Part shown: positions 20,374 to 29,166 of the stretch, piece by piece
Numbering within the stretch: the first letter of the stretch is position 1
Layout of the letters: each line of letters opens with the position of its first letter
From: Planctomycetota bacterium
GTDB lineage: Bacteria; Planctomycetota; Phycisphaerae; Phycisphaerales; Zrk34
Reading direction: 5' to 3'
DNA: 36,697 nt
NCBI GenBank assembly: GCA_043788485.1
Contig: JAYVTU010000017.1
Coordinates: 1-36,697 of the forward strand
Notes under the pieces: model-generated
Told to the model about the DNA's origin: nothing
Database searches by the model: none
What the model saw: only the letters and a program-made list of their open reading frames with translations
Made by a program: the position numbers and the translations under genes

Positions 20374-23300
20374 ATGAAACACCTCGTCATGCTCACACTT
20401 CTGCTGTTCATCGCTTCGTCATTTGCAGGCGCGGCGGACTTCAAGGCGATGCTCACGGCGGAGAGCGCGGCGACGGAGGCGGCGGTTGCGGGGCCGGCGG
20501 AGCGGCTCAAGCATGAACTGGAGCCGCGCGAGACGGCGATTTGGAAGCAGCTCACCGGACGCTTCGGGCGGGACCCGGCGGTCTCCGTGCTCGAGCGGGC
20601 TGTCAAAGACGCATCGGCGGACATCAAGAAACTCGACCCGGCGAAGATGCAGACCCGCGAGCAGTTCGATGCGTACGACGGCCTGATCGAGAAGCGAGCG
20701 GCCGCGACACGGATGCTCGAACACGCCGTGGCGTTGCAGCGGGCCGCGGCACGGAAAAACGCGGCGATGGCCGACGACGGGAAAAAACTGCTCGCCGAGC
20801 TCGCTGACGTCGAGACGAAGATCGACACGGCTCGCAAGGAAATCGAGATCGACAATGCCCGCGCGCTCGCCGCCAAGACGCGGCTGAAGAATTACACGAC
20901 GGCCGCCGAGAAGCCGCCCGAAAAAGCGGCGCTGCTCACGCTCCGTCCGCCGGGCGATGCGGCGGAGCGGGCGAAGCGTTTTGCGGCACGCAACTCGGCG
21001 GAAAGCCTCGCGGCGCTGTCGCGCGAATTCTTCTCACGCATCGATCTCGCCACGCCCGGCATGGAAAAAGCCGCGGCGCTGTTCAAGGCCGGCAAACACG
21101 CCGAAGCGCTCGACGCCTGGCGCGACTTCTTCTTCGCCCGGCTCCGCGAGCCGCAGAAATATGGCTTGCCTGCGAACTGGGGCGGTGACCTCGACACGGC
21201 CAGCCTGCTCCGTGAGCCGGACAAACAACTGCTCGACGACGCGATGCAAGGCCTCTTCGCCACGCCGCGCATCAAAGCGCAGGTCGGCACGCCAGGATCG
21301 ATCAACTGGGCGGACGTCGGCGCCGACCCGAACATCGACCCGCTCAAAAATCCCTACCTCGACTTCTACACCACGCGCGGCCAGGGCGGGTTCGTCCACG
21401 TCCTCGGCCCGCACCTCGTCCTGCTCGACGGCTACGCCGCGACCGGCGAAAAACGCTACCTTGACCGCTGGGCCGAGGTGCTCGACGACTGGGCGATGAA
21501 CGCGCCGGACGACATGGAGCATTGCCCGCTGAACATCCGGCAGTACCCGGTGCTCTGCTCGTTCACACCCGTCGCGCTGGCCAGCACGCTGACCGATGCG
21601 CTCGCGGCCCAGCCTGAATTTGCGACCGCGATGCCTTCGCCGACGCTGGCGCGCATCATGCTCACGACGATGGAGGAGTACCCCGCATCGTTCGTGCGGC
21701 TGGCGCGGCGGGGCATCTACAACTGGCGCTGCATCGCGATGACCGGTGCGGTCCTCACCGCCCAGGCCTACCCCGAATTCGACGCGGCGCGCTGGCAGCT
21801 CGGCGAGGCGAAGCGGCTGATGGAATTGAACTGGACGCACAAGATTCTCCGCGACGGCTCGAACCTGGAGCAGGGCAACTGGGGCCACGAGCCAAATGAT
21901 CAGGTGCATCTCGGACGGGCGTTTCGGCTTTTGCAGGCGCATCCGCCGGCGTGGCTGGATGAGGCGTGGATCAGCGAGTGGCAGGACAACGTGAAAGTCA
22001 ATGCCCGTTACTACCTGCACACGCTGAAACCTGATGGATACACGTACAAGTTCAGCCGGGTGACCACGGCGGACAAGTTCGTCATGCGCGGTCGCTTCGA
22101 CGATCCCGCGATGCCGATCCAGACGAATCTGCTGCTGGGCGAAGACGAAGCCCGGCGGAGACTCGAATGGGTTTACGGTGACGATGCCGTCGAGGCGCCG
22201 CGCATCAATTCGGAGTTCCTGCCCTATTACGGCGCGGCGATCCTGCGGAGCGGTTGGGAGCCCGATGCTTCGTTCCTCTATTTCCAGAGCAGCCCGAACA
22301 AGGACTGCAACGGCCGCGAGGACGCCAACGGTTTCTCGCTCTTTGCGCACGGCCACGAGATGCTCCTCGCGCCGCCTCTGGCGGTCGATGACCGCACGCA
22401 GAACATCCACTACGGCCTGGTCCCGCACCCCGGCGGCAAGACGATCTGGCTCAGCTACGACGACCGCGGCAAGCCCGTCGAGTCGCGGTTTCATACGTCG
22501 GCGAAATTCGATTTTACCGAGGGCAAGTATGAGGGCGTTTATCAGTGCCACGGCCCGAAGGCGGAAGCCGACGAGTTCGGCGAGTACGGTTATGCGAAGA
22601 TCGGCGACAAGCTGCGGGCGAAGGACAATAAACCGATCCGCGATGTTCTCCACGCGCGGCACATTCTCAGCTTGCGCGGTGAGGATGTGGTGATCGTCAC
22701 TGATCGCTTTCGGAGCGCTGATACGCGGAAGTTTTCACAGAATTACACGCTTTTCAATCCAGTTCCGCGCGAGGGGTGGAAGCGTCGTGTGGAATTGGCC
22801 AATGAGGAACATCGCCCGCCGCTGGTGATCGACACCACGGCGAAGATGTTGCGCACGGACAACGAGTCGCTGCCCGGTATTTCGGTGCGACACTTCGGCA
22901 CGATCGAGCCGACCTACACGGTGACCGACAACGCATTCGGTAAGACGGACGCGGCGGAGAGTTCGGACGAGGCGCTGGCGGCGCTTGGCAGCTCAAAGCT
23001 CAAGAAGTGGACAATGGGTCTGCCGCTGCCGTTCAGTCAAAAGGTGCGTGTGGATTGGAATGCACGCGGGCCGCAGGTATTGGTCACAGCGATCACGACG
23101 CGGCCAGGTGCGATCGGCGGCAAAGCGTTTGAGGGTGATCTGCGTGATGTTGAGGCCATCAACGCTGAGGGCGTGACGGGTTTTCGGGCGGTGACGCGGC
23201 AGGGGACGAAGATTGAATATTTTGTGGCGAATGTTCCTCGCTGCCATCTGGGCTCGGGCCCGTTTGACGTATTTGGCGAGGCGCTGCTGGTGGCGACCCG

Positions 23301-24273
23301 ACCGGACGGCGTGAGCGGTATTGTTCTGGGTGGTGTGTTGTATGGGCGAGACGGCAAGGGCATTGCTGGTGGGGATTTTGAGTTCTCGATCCCCGCAGGT
23401 GGAGGTGTGGTGATCACGAAGTTTTATTGCCCGATCGAGCCCGTCGAGATATCGCCGGAGGCGACGGTGTTCACGGAGTCGCAGCGTGTCGAGCTGAAGT
23501 GTGCGACGGACGGCGTGGAGATTCGTTATACGCTTGACGGCAGCGACCCGACGCCGCGGTCGATGCTTTACAAGGAGCCCTTCACGCTGACGGCGACGAC
23601 GCGCGTCAAGGCGCGTGCGTTTCGCACCGGCGTGACGGAGATGCCGTGGGCGGCGGACGGGACGCACGCGACGGCGATGAGCTGGGCGACGTTTGAGAAG
23701 CAAGCGATTCTGCCGGCGGTGGCGGTGACCGAAGCGAAGCCTGGGCTGCATTGGCTTTATGTGGAGGGACGTTGGGCGGAGCTTTTCAGGGATGCATGGC
23801 GGATGCCGGCGCTCAAAAGCGGCGAGTCGAAGGAATTGATTGACGTCTCGATGCGCGATACAGACGGTGCGTTTGCGGTGACATCCGTGGGGATGCTGAA
23901 TGTGCCTGCGGATGGCGTTTACACTTTCTACGCGCCGCACGAGTGGCAGTATCCCGATGGCGAGAGCGGGTATGACCTGTGTTTGAACGTGCAGGGCCAC
24001 GAGTGGCAACCGGCGACGCGGCGGCATGGGCAGGGCATGTGGTCGATCGCGCTGGCCAAGGGCGCGCATCCGTTCAGTGTGACCTTCACCGACTTCCGCC
24101 CGAAGAAGTTGAAGGGCGAGTTGTGGGATGATTTTCCGAACCCGGAGATTATGTGGAAGGGCGTGACGCCGACGCTGGAGGTGAGCGGGCCGGGCTTGGA
24201 GAAGGGGCCGGTGCCGGCGGAGTGGTTGAGTCACGCGGCGTCGAAGCTCGGGATCATCGGGATCGGGAAATGA
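20374..24273 (+). CDS. Large secreted multidomain protein: N-terminal coiled coil, heparinase II/III or alginate-lyase-like (alpha/alpha toroid plus beta-sandwich) core, chitobiase/hexosaminidase-C-like and PA14-like C-terminal domains
   Basis: About 1299 aa from ATG 20374 (MKHLVMLTLLLFIASSFAGA signal peptide). The 19915 extension in the track is non-coding read-through. Family assignment is by motif resemblance only (GVEIRYTLDGSDPT; GVYTFYAPHEW). Confidence 0.65.
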   Translation: MKHLVMLTLLLFIASSFAGAADFKAMLTAESAATEAAVAGPAERLKHELEPRETAIWKQLTGRFGRDPAVSVLERAVKDASADIKKLDPAKMQTREQFDAYDGLIEKRAAATRMLEHAVALQRAAARKNAAMADDGKKLLAELADVETKIDTARKEIEIDNARALAAKTRLKNYTTAAEKPPEKAALLTLRPPGDAAERAKRFAARNSAESLAALSREFFSRIDLATPGMEKAAALFKAGKHAEALDAWRDFFFARLREPQKYGLPANWGGDLDTASLLREPDKQLLDDAMQGLFATPRIKAQVGTPGSINWADVGADPNIDPLKNPYLDFYTTRGQGGFVHVLGPHLVLLDGYAATGEKRYLDRWAEVLDDWAMNAPDDMEHCPLNIRQYPVLCSFTPVALASTLTDALAAQPEFATAMPSPTLARIMLTTMEEYPASFVRLARRGIYNWRCIAMTGAVLTAQAYPEFDAARWQLGEAKRLMELNWTHKILRDGSNLEQGNWGHEPNDQVHLGRAFRLLQAHPPAWLDEAWISEWQDNVKVNARYYLHTLKPDGYTYKFSRVTTADKFVMRGRFDDPAMPIQTNLLLGEDEARRRLEWVYGDDAVEAPRINSEFLPYYGAAILRSGWEPDASFLYFQSSPNKDCNGREDANGFSLFAHGHEMLLAPPLAVDDRTQNIHYGLVPHPGGKTIWLSYDDRGKPVESRFHTSAKFDFTEGKYEGVYQCHGPKAEADEFGEYGYAKIGDKLRAKDNKPIRDVLHARHILSLRGEDVVIVTDRFRSADTRKFSQNYTLFNPVPREGWKRRVELANEEHRPPLVIDTTAKMLRTDNESLPGISVRHFGTIEPTYTVTDNAFGKTDAAESSDEALAALGSSKLKKWTMGLPLPFSQKVRVDWNARGPQVLVTAITTRPGAIGGKAFEGDLRDVEAINAEGVTGFRAVTRQGTKIEYFVANVPRCHLGSGPFDVFGEALLVATRPDGVSGIVLGGVLYGRDGKGIAGGDFEFSIPAGGGVVITKFYCPIEPVEISPEATVFTESQRVELKCATDGVEIRYTLDGSDPTPRSMLYKEPFTLTATTRVKARAFRTGVTEMPWAADGTHATAMSWATFEKQAILPAVAVTEAKPGLHWLYVEGRWAELFRDAWRMPALKSGESKELIDVSMRDTDGAFAVTSVGMLNVPADGVYTFYAPHEWQYPDGESGYDLCLNVQGHEWQPATRRHGQGMWSIALAKGAHPFSVTFTDFRPKKLKGELWDDFPNPEIMWKGVTPTLEVSGPGLEKGPVPAEWLSHAASKLGIIGIGK

Positions 24274-24285
24274 TTGTTGGGTGGT

Positions 24286-24378
24286 TGGGGCAAAGGCTTT
24301 GCGTGCCCCAGTTTTTGGCGCGATCCAATGTGTGTCCAAGACACTGGGGCACGGCGACCTTTGCCCCAGCCACCCGGA
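24286..24378. repeat. Near-perfect long inverted repeat (about 34-bp arms) just after the stop of the large gene
   Basis: TTGGGTGGTTGGGGCAAAGGCTTTGCGTGCCCCAGT ... ACTGGGGCACGGCGACCTTTGCCCCAGCCACCCGG; no U-tract follows. Confidence 0.7.
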
Positions 24379-24756
24379 TGTTGCCTCGAAACTATCCACC
24401 GAGTATCCCATGTTGGCAGTGTGGGTTGCAGCGATCCGTTAAACCCCCATTGCTATCGTGACCCCCCGTGTGATAATGGTTCTCGTGTAGCCGAGTCCCG
24501 TCCGCGATGGACGGGAGCGGGGGACCCAAACGGGCATTGAAACTGCCGCGAAATGTGCGGTTGAACCAATGCCCACGGGGCTTAGGACCGCGATGAGCGG
24601 TCCGGGGCGACCTTTCAAGCCCTAGCCCGTCAGCTAACCCCGTAGGCAGGGCCCGACTCAGTTGTCGGCGCCCACTGAAAGGGCACCACCCGTCCTTGAA
24701 AAAGACGAGGAGCCCGAGCCACTTTTGGGGCGACGTTCGCCCAAAGGAGCGGGGTT

Positions 24757-26988
24757 ATGTTCTGCGCTATGTTTGGTTCTGCGTTGAGTCCCGGATTGTT
24801 CGACCTGTCACTGTGGGATCTGGCGGCCAAGCTCAACTGGTTTGAGTGGCTGCTGGTGCTGACGGCGGTGGCGCTGTTCGTCGCTTGGTTGACGACGCGC
24901 TACATCCCCAACAACTCCGTCGGCGTCGTCGAGAAGCTATGGTCGGCCTCGGGCTCGGTCCCCGCGGGCGGCATCATCGCGCTGCGCGGCGAAGCGGGAT
25001 TCCAGGCGGACCTGCTGCGCGGCGGCGTCCACCCGGGCCTGTGGCGGTGGCAGTACCGCATCCACAAGGTGAGGCTCGTCACCATCCCGCAGGGCAAGAT
25101 CGGCTACGTCTATGCACGCGACGGCGAACCGCTTCCGCCCAGCCAGACGCTCGGGCGCGTTGTCGAGTGCAACAACTATCAGGACGCCGATGCGTTCCTG
25201 GTGCCGAGTGCGAGCAAACGGGGTGACGCCACAGCACCGACGCGCGGCCAGCGTGGCCGGCAGCGGGCGATCCTGCGCGAGGGTGTCTACGCCATCAACC
25301 CGGCGCTCTTCGTGGTCATCAGCGAGTCGGCGGTTTATTCGCTGCCTCACCTGCAGGACCGCCAGGAGCTCGAGACCGCGCGGCGCTGGCAGCAGGAGCT
25401 CGCGCAGACCGGCGGGTTCAGCCCGCTTGTCATCGGCGGCGCACGCCTCGAAGACCTCGCGGAGAAAACCACCGCCACATCCACCGATACGATCGGCATC
25501 GTGACCGTACAGGACGGCCCGCCCCTGGGCCCCGGCGAGATCATCGCGCCGGCGGTCGGTGTCGATCCGGGATTGCCGGGGTTCCACAACAACTACCAGG
25601 ACCCCGAAGCGTTTCTCGCGGCCGGCGGTCGTCGCGGCCGGCAGTACGTCCCGCTGACCGATGGCACGTACTTCCTCAATCACTGGTTCGTCAGCGTCGA
25701 GGTCGTCGCGAAGACGGTCGTGCCGATCGGATACGTCGGCGTGGTCGTCAGCTACGTCGGCAAGGCGGGGCGCGACGTGTCGGGTGACGCGTTCCGCCAC
25801 GGCGAGCGCGTGGAGCAGGGCGAGCGCGGCGTGTGGGAGAAGCCGCTCGGTCCCGGCAAATATCCCTTCAACACCTACGCCGGAAACATCATTCATGTGC
25901 CGACGACGAACTTCGTCCTGCACTGGATTACCGGCAAAACGGAGAGCCACAAGTATGACGAGAGCCTCAAGTCGATCGACCTGGTGACGAAGGACGCGTA
26001 CGAGCCGATGCTGCCGCTCTCGGTGGTCGTGCACATCGACTACCAGCGGGCGCCGAGTGTGATCCAGCGGTTCGGTGATGTGAAAAAGCTGATCACGCAG
26101 ACGCTGGACCCGATGCTCAGCGCGTACTTCCGCGACATCGCGCATCGCAAGACGATGCTGGAGCTGCTGCACGACCGCGATGTGATTCAGACCGAGGCCC
26201 GCGAGGAGCTCCGCCGCAAGTTCCGCGAGTTTGACATCGAATGCGTGGACGTCTTGATCGGCAAGCCCGACACGGACGAGACGCACGGTGTCAAGAGCGG
26301 CGCGGGCAAGATCGAGACGCTGCTGGAGCAGCTGCGTCTTCGTCAGCTGAGCTTCGAGCAGCTCGAGACGTACGAGCGGCAGCGGGCAGCAGCCGACAAG
26401 CTGCGTGCGCTCAACGAAGCGCAGGCGCAGGCGAACATGCAGACGCAGCTGACGAACGCGCGTGTGCAGGCGCAGATCGCCGAGTCGATGGGCGAGGCGG
26501 ACCTGCAGCGAGCGAGGAAACAGGCGGAGCAGACGGTCGTCGTCGCCGAAGCCGAACTGGCTCGCTCGCGGCGCCAGGCGGAGCAGACGGTCGTGCTCGC
26601 CGAGGCGGACAGCCGGAGCCGGAATCTCGCCGGCAAAGGCGAGGGCGAGCGGATCATGCAGGTCGGCACATCGGAAGCGGCGGTGCTGGTCCGCAAGATC
26701 CAGGCGCTGGGCGACCCGCGGTTGTACGCGGTTTCGCAGGTGGCTGAGAGTTTGAGCCACTCCGTGCAGCCGCTGGTGCCGCAGCGTTTGTTTGTCAGCG
26801 GCGGCGGAGCGGGCAGCGAGGACGGCCAGGGCCGGACGAGCCTCGGCATGCTGGGCGTGCTGATCGATCTGCTCGTGGCGGAAAAGACGGGCATGAAGCC
26901 CGGCGGCGGCGAAAGCGGTGGGGCGGCAGACGCTTCACTGATCACTGCAACGGCCGCAACGCCTGCGCAGTCGCCGGCCAAAGCGTGA
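24757..26988 (+). CDS. Flotillin-like SPFH/Band-7 family protein
   Basis: N-terminal TM, SPFH core (VVVHIDYQRAPSVIQRFGD), flotillin-type EA/AEQ-rich coiled coil, and a Gly-rich tail. Good RBS (AAAGGAG) 7 nt upstream of the ATG. Confidence 0.85.
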   Translation: MFCAMFGSALSPGLFDLSLWDLAAKLNWFEWLLVLTAVALFVAWLTTRYIPNNSVGVVEKLWSASGSVPAGGIIALRGEAGFQADLLRGGVHPGLWRWQYRIHKVRLVTIPQGKIGYVYARDGEPLPPSQTLGRVVECNNYQDADAFLVPSASKRGDATAPTRGQRGRQRAILREGVYAINPALFVVISESAVYSLPHLQDRQELETARRWQQELAQTGGFSPLVIGGARLEDLAEKTTATSTDTIGIVTVQDGPPLGPGEIIAPAVGVDPGLPGFHNNYQDPEAFLAAGGRRGRQYVPLTDGTYFLNHWFVSVEVVAKTVVPIGYVGVVVSYVGKAGRDVSGDAFRHGERVEQGERGVWEKPLGPGKYPFNTYAGNIIHVPTTNFVLHWITGKTESHKYDESLKSIDLVTKDAYEPMLPLSVVVHIDYQRAPSVIQRFGDVKKLITQTLDPMLSAYFRDIAHRKTMLELLHDRDVIQTEAREELRRKFREFDIECVDVLIGKPDTDETHGVKSGAGKIETLLEQLRLRQLSFEQLETYERQRAAADKLRALNEAQAQANMQTQLTNARVQAQIAESMGEADLQRARKQAEQTVVVAEAELARSRRQAEQTVVLAEADSRSRNLAGKGEGERIMQVGTSEAAVLVRKIQALGDPRLYAVSQVAESLSHSVQPLVPQRLFVSGGGAGSEDGQGRTSLGMLGVLIDLLVAEKTGMKPGGGESGGAADASLITATAATPAQSPAKA

Positions 26989-27106
26989 CGTCTCACTCGT
27001 TTTGAAGTTCATCGTCCCCGGCGGGCCATCACCCGCCGGGGATTTTTTTTCGTCACGCACACGGATCGATTTCCGCCGGGGGAACCGTAGGTTCCTCTGG
27101 CGGGAG

Positions 27107-27517
27107 TCAATCGCGGTCGGTGAGCGCCGTGGACGATGCGGTGGACACGTTTGCGGGGTCGGTGGAGTTGCTCGGCTCGGTGTGTGTCACCTTCAAGCCG
27201 ATGATGCCGACGATGACCATGGCGAGGCAGATGAGGCGTGGCAGGTCGCGGGATTCGTTGAAGAGCCAGATGCCGATGACGGCAGCGCCGGCGGCTCCCA
27301 GGCCGGTCCAGACGGCGTAGGCGGTGCCGATGGGCAGGCCGAATTTCGGGCTGACGGCGAGGGTGAGCAGGGCGAAGCTGATGCACATGATGATCATCAT
27401 GGCGACGAGCCACCACGGCTTGCTGAGGCCCTGGCTCTGCTTCATGCACAGAGGCCAGCCGACTTCCAGAAGCCCGGCGACCACCACCAGAAGCCAGCCC
27501 GTCGTGTTGCTGTTCAT
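27107..27517 (-). CDS. sugE: SMR-family small multidrug/guanidinium exporter (SugE/Gdx-like)
   Basis: Four-TM SMR signature (GWLLVVVAGLLEVGW ... AYAVWTGLGAAG) with a roughly 30-aa hydrophilic C-terminal extension. Confidence 0.85.
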   Translation of the reverse strand: MNSNTTGWLLVVVAGLLEVGWPLCMKQSQGLSKPWWLVAMMIIMCISFALLTLAVSPKFGLPIGTAYAVWTGLGAAGAAVIGIWLFNESRDLPRLICLAMVIVGIIGLKVTHTEPSNSTDPANVSTASSTALTDRD

Positions 27518-27558
27518 CGCGGAACCCTTTTGATCGAAGTTGGCGGGAGTATAAGGAA

Positions 27559-27658
27559 GTTAATGGGTTAATGGGTTAATGGGTTGATGGGTTGATCTGG
27601 GGTTGCGCACGTGCCGTTCTTCCACGTTAACCCATTAACCCGTTAACTCATTAACCGG
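27559..27658. repeat. Palindrome built of tandem GTTAATGG / CCATTAAC octamers in the divergent promoter/5'UTR region between sugE and the 27731 gene
   Basis: GTTAATGG x3 and GTTGATGG x2, about 30 nt of spacer, then GTTAACCCATTAACCCGTTAACTCATTAACCGG. Confidence 0.7.
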
Positions 27659-27730
27659 ATTCTCGTACCCGGTTCTGGCGTGGGTCCGCTAACGTGTTAG
27701 AATGGCTGCCAGTTTCAGGAAACGATCGGT

Positions 27731-28177
27731 ATGAACGAACAGAACGACGAAGCGAGCGACGCGTTGCAGGACCTCGGGGGCGAAGCCGTCGGCGAAGCGC
27801 CCAGTGCCGAGCAATTGGCCCAGGAGATTGCTGAGGATGTCGAGCAGGTTGAGGCCGAGCGTGATCCGGAGATGCCGGTTCACGCCGCGTACCGCAAGGC
27901 CCCGATCCGCAGCAGCAATCCGGTGAGCGTCAAGGGTCGCAAACGCCTGATCAACGCGATCTTCGGGCTGGGCTTCCTGCTCATGATCCCGGGGATCTGG
28001 GCGACGGCGATCCTCATGGGTGTCAACGTGCCCGGTTCCCACAAGGACAACGCCGACGGCATGGCCAAGATGATGCTCATTTCCTGGCCCCTTGCCATTT
28101 TATTGTTCATCTTCGCGGGGTGGCTCTTCAAGGATCTTAAACGGATGCAGGCCGCCGCGAAGCGTGCACGCCAGTAG
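27731..28177 (+). CDS. Hypothetical two-TM membrane protein with an acidic N-terminus
   Basis: The ORF has two hydrophobic helices (IFGLGFLLMIPGIWATAILMG; MMLISWPLAILLFIFAGWLF). A possible -10 TAGAAT lies about 25 nt upstream. Confidence 0.5.
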   Translation: MNEQNDEASDALQDLGGEAVGEAPSAEQLAQEIAEDVEQVEAERDPEMPVHAAYRKAPIRSSNPVSVKGRKRLINAIFGLGFLLMIPGIWATAILMGVNVPGSHKDNADGMAKMMLISWPLAILLFIFAGWLFKDLKRMQAAAKRARQ

Positions 28178-28286
28178 CGTTCCCCGTCGGGCCCCTCGTT
28201 AAAGGGCACCGACTTTGCTAATCAACCACAACGGTGGCCGGAAGGATCCGGCCCATATGCCCCATTTTTGAAAGACGGAGTCTCAC

Positions 28287-28601
28287 ATGTCCAGCAAGAA
28301 GCCCTCACGCAAGCCCACCCACTCCTCCAAGCCCAAGCGCTCGCCCGCCCCGGTCGCCGCCGCCAAGCCCCGCGCTGTCCGCAAGCCCGCCGCTGCCAAG
28401 AGCGTGACCGCCATCGCGACGACGACCAAGCCCGCGAAGTCTGTCCAAGCCTCGGCCCTGGTTCCCGTGATCACCGTGACCCACGAACAGATCGCCAGCC
28501 GTGCGTACGAAATCTGGGTCGCCAAGGGTTACCCCAGCGATCAGGACGCCCAGAACTGGGTCGAAGCCGAGCAGCAGCTGCAGGCCGAAATCGCGGGCTG
28601 A
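28287..28601 (+). CDS. DUF2934-family protein with a Lys/Pro/Ala-rich histone-H1-like N-terminus
   Basis: The C-terminal motif EQIASRAYEIWVAKGYPSDQDAQNWVEAEQQL matches the DUF2934 pattern. The N-terminal 50 aa are KP/AK-rich. Confidence 0.65.
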   Translation: MSSKKPSRKPTHSSKPKRSPAPVAAAKPRAVRKPAAAKSVTAIATTTKPAKSVQASALVPVITVTHEQIASRAYEIWVAKGYPSDQDAQNWVEAEQQLQAEIAG

Positions 28602-28609
28602 AAAAAATA

Positions 28610-28797
28610 GAGGTCAGAGGTCAGTGATCAGAGGTCAGCGGGATTGACCATCGCTGTCGCATGGACATGTTTTTCGTGCTCGTGCTCGTGCTCGTAAATC
28701 GTAATCGAATCTCCGGGAGGGGATCGATTACGAGAAACGATTATGAGCACGAGCACGATGGAAATTTGCTTTGGCTGCGCCTGACTTCTGACCTCTG
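28610..28797. repeat. Nested palindromic element: outer GAGGTCA repeats / CTGACCTC, inner CGTGCT-repeat / CGATTAC hairpin (copy 1)
   Basis: GAGGTCAGAGGTCAGTGATCAGAGGTCAG ... CGTGCTCGTGCTCGTGCTCGTAAATCGTAATCGAATC ... GATCGATTACGAGAAACGATTATGAGCACGAGCACGA ... CTGACTTCTGACCTCTGG. Confidence 0.75.
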
Positions 28798-28798
28798 G

Positions 28799-29095
28799 CT
28801 ACTTATGCCCCACGGGTCCGCCGCCCTGGAGGTATTTGTTGCGCACCGCCTGCTCGAGGTTCACGCCGTTGATGTTCGCCAGCGTGCAGAGCCATGCGAG
28901 TACGTCGGCGAATTCCTCTTCGGTATTCTTGCGGTCGTCACCGTGCAGCGCGGTGGCGAGTTCGCCGACCTCCTCGACAAACCACATGAACGTCGCCGGA
29001 GTGCCGCGCGCCGAATCGCTGGCGTAGTAGCGCTCGCGGATGTGCTGCTGGAATGATTCGAGTGTGAGGTTGTCGTTGGTCATTGGTGTTCCCAT
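28799..29095 (-). CDS. Small MazG-like nucleoside triphosphate pyrophosphohydrolase (YpjD-like single-domain)
   Basis: The EExGEL-type motif FVEEVGELATA and EEEFADVLAWLCTLAN are present. Start is ATG 29095. The longer GTG 29212 version would translate the upstream palindrome. Confidence 0.75.
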   Translation of the reverse strand: MGTPMTNDNLTLESFQQHIRERYYASDSARGTPATFMWFVEEVGELATALHGDDRKNTEEEFADVLAWLCTLANINGVNLEQAVRNKYLQGGGPVGHK

Positions 29096-29096
29096 T

Positions 29097-29166
29097 CTTT
29101 TCGTGCTCGTGCTCGTAATCGTAATCGAAAAATGGGACTCGATTACGATTACGAGCACGAGCACCG
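29097..29166. repeat. Second copy of the CGTGCT/CGATTAC palindromic element, immediately 5' of the mazG-like start codon
   Basis: TTCGTGCTCGTGCTCGTAATCGTAATCGAAAAATGGGACTCGATTACGATTACGAGCACGAGCAC. The arms are near-identical to copy 1. Confidence 0.75.

Noticed and set aside
24400-24756. RNase P RNA, tmRNA, SRP RNA, a tRNA or a cobalamin riboswitch as the identity of the structured gap.
   Set aside because: None of the near-invariant motifs is present on either strand: GGAAAGUCCGGGCUCC / ACAGAAnCCGGCUUA for RNase P, GGUUCGAAUCC-type T-arms with a CCA end and a tag ORF for tmRNA and tRNA, or the B12 box. The resemblances I saw (CGGGGCUUAGG, GCCCACUG) are short and isolated.
27518-27730. A known guanidine-I/II/III riboswitch upstream of the SMR gene.
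   Set aside because: I could not find paired ACGR tetraloop hairpins or the ykkC or ykkC-III conserved cores. I report the region as an unexplained structured leader rather than a known riboswitch.
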